From Ramazzottius varieornatus (taxonomy: Eukaryota; Animalia; Tardigrada), in contig BDGG01000001.1 of the NCBI GenBank assembly GCA_001949185.1, positions 758,128 to 822,127 on the forward strand: a stretch of DNA of 64,000 bases. The letters are read 5' to 3'. Every line of letters begins with the position of its first letter. The first letter of the stretch is position 1. Below the pieces are notes generated by a model. The model was given only the letters and a program-made list of their open reading frames with translations, was not told the DNA's origin and did no database searches. Below, in pieces: positions 62,886 to 64,000 of this stretch. Position numbers and translations under genes: made by a program.

Positions 62886-64000
62886 CACGGAGTATGGACG
62901 GCGGAATGGTCACCGGTCACATACTGCATTTAGTGTTCTGGGAGCCGTTGTAATTGACCGGCTGAATTTCGTTGGAAAACCCATTATTTGCGGAAGAACG
63001 GACCGCCTTCTCCTTCCTCACAGCCGTCACAGCCACTGATCACGCGACAGTCGACGGACCGCCTCCGAGTAGGAAGGCTTTTTCTGACGGCACTATATGC
63101 AAAGGCCAGCTTTTCCGCTTCTCCTTATTTACGCTGTTCCCGTTGCCATGTAGTTTGAGATTCCCACCCACTCTCTTCCTACTGGTTGTTAAGTTTTTTC
63201 AATTTTTTCTTGACCCGTCGCCGAGAGGGTTTGCAAACTTACGCGTAAACACGCATAGTCACCGTTGCCTACACCAGCCTTATTCGGTAGGTTCCTGCCA
63301 CCGGATTGCATTAAACCTATGTCCCCGAGTACCTCCTCTTTCGGACAGTCCGCTCGCCGGGCGCCGGCGCAGTACCAAACATAATCTGAGAGCTAACAAA
63401 GATCAAGTCAATGCACTTCATTCGATCGTCTTAAAGTCTTAGACTTCCGTATCCGAAAATCACTGAGCAACAGCTTTGTCAATGCCGAAACATAGGCTCG
63501 GTACGTGTATATACAACCCGTTCCAGCCAACCTGCTACCACCAGGCATTTTGACGAGAAAAACTTCAAATGGCTAAATCCCCGCTCATGCTTTCCCTTTC
63601 TCTATACGAGGAGAAAGGTCCTACTTTGCTCACCATACGTCACGAGCTATACGCAGGCTTCTTAGGCTTTGTGACGTAGCCGTGACATACATTGGCAAAG
63701 TTGTACGCTGAGCAAAGTAAGACCTTGCTCCTCGTACAACCTTTTAAGCTACTTCGAATGAGTCATACTTTATCTTGTCCTGAGAAGCAGCTCTAAAAAC
63801 TTGACTTGCACGACTTCCGGTGGGGAAGACCTCGCCGTGAATGAGATGCAGCCTGCCGGATTCCAGGTTTGGGCTCTCGTGCCTAAATAAATGTGAACGG
63901 ACTCACAGCTACGTTAGTAGTCGGGAAAAATCGAGAAAGGGGGGAAAAGGTTCGAACGAACTTGGCAAACGATCTAAAACCGTCGAATCTGGCCGTTTTG

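Overview
Eukaryotic (metazoan) genomic DNA with a compact gene structure: many 50-100 nt GT-AG introns and GC in the mid-40s% by eye. It looks like a small-genome, chitin-making invertebrate; a tardigrade such as Ramazzottius would fit, but I cannot verify that. Genes reconstructed by hand: a relaxin-receptor-like type C LGR (LDLa-LRR-7TM, minus strand); a small secreted LDLa-like protein just upstream of it; Ca2+/calmodulin-dependent phosphodiesterase PDE1; GPI inositol acyltransferase PIG-W; FAM43-like PTB protein; two tandem 3xCBM14 peritrophin-like paralogs; a GT32-type glycosyltransferase pseudogene; a C10orf53/UPF0728 homolog; an intact 5-exon CatSper2-like sperm cation channel subunit; and an unidentified multi-pass membrane protein. 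The window is dense in DNA transposons. At 52.9-59.3 kb lie a decayed Tc1, a MULE carrying a Ulp1-like protease and an intron-containing P-element/THAP9 remnant. There are also two hAT non-autonomous elements with exact 8-bp TSDs, several MITE families and perfect hairpins. Most notable are the intact CatSper2 plus C10orf53 pair, and an LGR with four altered activation microswitches sitting directly downstream of a stand-alone secreted LDLa module. All exon boundaries were read by eye, family assignments rest on motifs recalled from memory, and no searches were run.
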